A stretch of 48,704 nucleotides of DNA from Dehalococcoidia bacterium. Its GTDB lineage: Bacteria; Chloroflexota; Dehalococcoidia; DSTF01; RBG-16-68-14. The DNA is taken from positions 1 to 48,704 of the forward strand of contig JBAROU010000126.1 in the NCBI GenBank assembly GCA_049642385.1, read 5' to 3'. Position numbers and translations under genes: made by a program. This document shows, in pieces, positions 46,061-48,704 of this stretch; position 1 is the first letter of the stretch, and every line of letters begins with the position of its first letter. Below the pieces are notes generated by a model, which worked only from the letters and a program-made list of their open reading frames with translations, was not told the origin of the DNA and ran no database searches.

Positions 46061-46387
46061 TTAGCCGGCCAGGCCGATGTCGATCTTGTTGATCTTGTCG
46101 TCTGCGTTGAACTCCAGCACGACCTTGATCGTCCCGAACGGGCTTCCTGAGCCAAGGACCTTGATACCTGCGCCATCCTCCTCAGGCTCGGACCACGAGA
46201 GCGTCATGCTGCCGGCGCCCGCGGGGCGGTTGCGCATCTGTTGCTCCACCGCAGCCTTGCCGGTGATCGCGCCCGTCATCGGGTTCGTGAGGACGACGTC
46301 GTCGGCGAGCATGGCGAGCATCTCGTCGAGCTTCTGGTCGCGTTGGTAGCCGATGTACTCCGTTGCCAGTTCGATCCTGGATGCCAT
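46061..46387 (-). CDS. SnoaL/NTF2-like fold small protein
   Basis: 108 aa whose pattern resembles the nuclear-transport-factor-2 family. GGAGG SD upstream. Confidence 0.6.
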   Translation of the reverse strand: MASRIELATEYIGYQRDQKLDEMLAMLADDVVLTNPMTGAITGKAAVEQQMRNRPAGAGSMTLSWSEPEEDGAGIKVLGSGSPFGTIKVVLEFNADDKINKIDIGLAG

Positions 46388-46491
46388 CGCAGCACCTCCG
46401 GTGTTATGGCGATGACTATACCACGTGGCGGCGGTCTAGGCCCGGTTTGCAACGGTTGGGGAAGGCTCCGTAGTATGAAGTCCGTTCCGTC

Positions 46492-47376
46492 ATGAACCAC
46501 TCTCCCACTCCCACGCAACGCGTCTCGGCGATTCCGTTCCCGGAGTCGTACGCGCTGCCAGCCAAGCCGGGCGCCTCGGCGTCGCAGGCGACCCAAGATG
46601 CGTACCGTCAGACCTCGTTTCTGCTGGGCGAGGGCCTGCGGCTGTTCGAGGAGGGGCTGAACCTACAGCTGCGTATTGTCCGCGACGCGTCGCCGTCGGC
46701 GTTCCGCAAGCACCCGTACGCGGCGCTGATGGGGCTCTGGTCGCGAACGTTTCTGGTGCTCGCCGATGCCTGCCTTCTGGCGACACGCGGTTCGTACGCC
46801 TCGTGCGCGCCGCTGGCGCGCGCCGCGTGCGAGTGCATAGCGGCGCAGCACCAGCTCCACGCCTCGGAGATGGAGCTATTTATCGAGTGGCTCGCGACGA
46901 ACTTCCATCCGAACGAGCCGCACAAGGCGTTCGAGTTCGGGCTAGGGCACTACTTCGCGGGCGAGACGCTGGCGGCGGACGAGCGCCTGCGGTCGGTGTA
47001 CCGGCCGGCGAGCGAGCTGGGCCGGCCCAACTTCGGTGCGACGACGCTCATGGTAGGTCCGGAGTCGAACAACCAGCGGCTGGCGCTCTCCTTTGCCGAT
47101 CAGGCGTTTCACTTCGGCTGGGCAGAGCTAGTGCTGGGCTGGCTCCTCGCGCTGTGCGAGCGGCAGCTCGCCGTCGTGGTGCACGCGAAGGACATCTTCC
47201 CGATCCACGATGACACGCACCGCGCCTACGTCGACTTCGCGCGTAGGGTCGAACAGACCCTCGGGAAGGCGGACCGCTGCTCGGTCGAGGAGATCGCGGA
47301 AGGGAACTACCGGCGGCTGCTGGTGCACAACTTCCGCCGCGCGCCCAGCGGCGCTCCGAAGCGAGTGTTACTGTAG
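46492..47376 (+). CDS. Hypothetical cytoplasmic protein
   Basis: 294-aa ORF with coding-like composition. TTGCAA-18-TAGTAT promoter-like element lies just upstream. No family recognised. Confidence 0.6.
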   Translation: MNHSPTPTQRVSAIPFPESYALPAKPGASASQATQDAYRQTSFLLGEGLRLFEEGLNLQLRIVRDASPSAFRKHPYAALMGLWSRTFLVLADACLLATRGSYASCAPLARAACECIAAQHQLHASEMELFIEWLATNFHPNEPHKAFEFGLGHYFAGETLAADERLRSVYRPASELGRPNFGATTLMVGPESNNQRLALSFADQAFHFGWAELVLGWLLALCERQLAVVVHAKDIFPIHDDTHRAYVDFARRVEQTLGKADRCSVEEIAEGNYRRLLVHNFRRAPSGAPKRVLL

Positions 47377-47388
47377 CGAACAAGGTGA

Positions 47389-47432
47389 AGCCCGCGCCGG
47401 ATGACTGGTGGTGGGGAAGACCGGCGCGGGCT
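47389..47432 (+). terminator. Perfect 12-bp stem hairpin 13 nt after the hypothetical gene stop
   Basis: AGCCCGCGCCGG (47389-47400) and CCGGCGCGGGCT (47421-47432) with a 20-nt loop. No U-tract. Confidence 0.4.
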
Positions 47433-47621
47433 CGACAGGCGGGGATGTCTCGGTAGGAGGTTTTTGACTACCAGCCTGCAGGTAGACCATACATCGGCGA
47501 GGGACATGCGTTCCATGAAGCGCGTCACACACCTGGGACCTGCTGATTTGCTTTGCCCCCGAACGGCAGCCCGTGTATGATGCGAATCGCGTCGCAAATC
47601 ACAAGCTAGGAATCGATACAC

Positions 47622-48704
47622 ATGACAGAAGGCGCTCTTTCCGACCTCCGCGTCGTCGAGCTGGCCGAGGGCATCGCCGGGCCGTACTGCGGCAAGCTGT
47701 TCGCCGACCTCGGCGCGGAGGTGATCAAGGTCGAGCCGCCTGCGGGCGACCGCGCGCGCCGGCTCGGGCCGTTCCCCGAAGACGGGCCGCACCACGAGAA
47801 GAGCGGCCTCTTCCTCCATCTGAACACCGGCAAGAAGAGTGTCACGCTCGATGTGGGCGTGACGTCGGGCCAGGTGGTGCTGAAGAAGCTGCTCGAGCAG
47901 GCGGACGTGCTGATCGATGATGGCCAGTCAGGCCTGAGTGTCGACGACCTGCGCGGCGACTTCCCACGTCTGGTCTACGTCTCGGTAACGCCGTTCGGCA
48001 CGACCGGCCCCTACGTCGGCTACGCGGGGAACAGCCTGACGGCGATGGCGATGAGCACGATCATGTATAACACCGGCGCGCCCGACCGCGAGCCGCTCAC
48101 CACCGGCGGCACACCGGGCGATTACATCGGCGGGATCCACGCGTGGATCGGCGCACTCGCGGCGCTGGCGTATCGAGAGCGCGAAGGCAAGGGCCAGCAC
48201 GTCGACGTTTCGCTTGCGGAGGCCGCGGCCTGCACGGATGAGTACAACTCGGCGATGTACGGTTTTCAGGGCGCGATCCGGCGACGCTACTACTCGCGTC
48301 ACATCTTTGGCTATCCCAACGACATCTTTCCGTGCAAGGACGGCTACATCGTGCTTATCCCCGGCGCGGGTGGGTTCCCGGCGCGTGGGCTGCGGCAGGA
48401 GGGCGTTGTCTCACCGATGTCGCTGCTGCTCGGCGACCCTGAGCTGGACAACCACCCGTTGTTTGGCAGTTGGCCGGACCGCATGGTGAATTCACACGAG
48501 TTCGAGGCGCTCGTTGCGCCGTGGTTGAACGACCATGAGCCGAACGAGATCGTCGACCTGGCGCAAGCGCTGCGCATGCCCTTCGCGCTCGTGCCCAGCG
48601 TGAGCGATCTCATGGGGGACGAGCACCTGCGCGCGCGCGCGTTCTTCCAGCACATCGATCACCCCGAGGCCGGCGAGCTGACCTACACCGGCCCGCCGTT
48701 CCGC
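47622..48704 (+). CDS. CoA-transferase family III (CaiB/BaiF-like), 3' end outside window
   Basis: Hand translation from ATG 47622: MTEGALSDLRVVELAEGIAGPYCGKLFADLGAEVIKVEPPAGDRAR. The frame stays open to the window end. It is missing from the ORF track because it has no stop. Confidence 0.88.
   Translation, partial: MTEGALSDLRVVELAEGIAGPYCGKLFADLGAEVIKVEPPAGDRARRLGPFPEDGPHHEKSGLFLHLNTGKKSVTLDVGVTSGQVVLKKLLEQADVLIDDGQSGLSVDDLRGDFPRLVYVSVTPFGTTGPYVGYAGNSLTAMAMSTIMYNTGAPDREPLTTGGTPGDYIGGIHAWIGALAALAYREREGKGQHVDVSLAEAAACTDEYNSAMYGFQGAIRRRYYSRHIFGYPNDIFPCKDGYIVLIPGAGGFPARGLRQEGVVSPMSLLLGDPELDNHPLFGSWPDRMVNSHEFEALVAPWLNDHEPNEIVDLAQALRMPFALVPSVSDLMGDEHLRARAFFQHIDHPEAGELTYTGPPFR

Noticed and set aside
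47464-47580. 38-codon TTG-initiated ORF following a GGAGG in the gap before the CoA-transferase gene
   Set aside because: The spacing from SD to start is only 3 nt, the start is non-ATG, the peptide has no hydrophobic or otherwise recognisable features, and there is no supporting evidence.

Overview
High-GC (about 65% by eye) bacterial chromosomal segment, very tightly packed: about 47 protein genes and 1 tRNA. Most of it is housekeeping: rel, hisS, an aroC-GNAT-aroKB-acyP operon, ruvX-mltG, glmU, dprA-topA-xerC, tRNA-Met, purA, ychF, etfB/etfA and rpsT. There are also cell-envelope genes (GT-C glycosyltransferase, PAP2, LCP, LysM, PIG-L deacetylase). Hydrolases are abundant: two amidase-signature paralogs, a giant penicillin-acylase-family protein, and a six-gene amidase/methyltransferase/hydrolase run. 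Gene content and synteny (dprA-topA-xerC, LCP, no outer-membrane genes) suggest a monoderm-type high-GC lineage, possibly Chloroflexota/Thermomicrobia-like; this is inference only. I found no CRISPR array, transposase, integrase-bounded island, or recognisable defence or toxin-antitoxin module. I do not see a clear-cut novel multi-gene system; this looks like core genome. Best leads: (1) a promoter-to-terminator structured leader or small RNA upstream of glmU; (2) a ~50% GC ABM-like gene wedged between etfB and etfA, plus two unknown genes trailing etfA; (3) a 1223-aa S45 acylase with duplicated inserted modules and a dockerin-like tail; (4) an untracked 56-aa membrane ORF coupled to aroKB; (5) a recurring leaderless-type promoter/start geometry. 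Many long ORFs in the track are antisense or out-of-frame GC artefacts and were not called.
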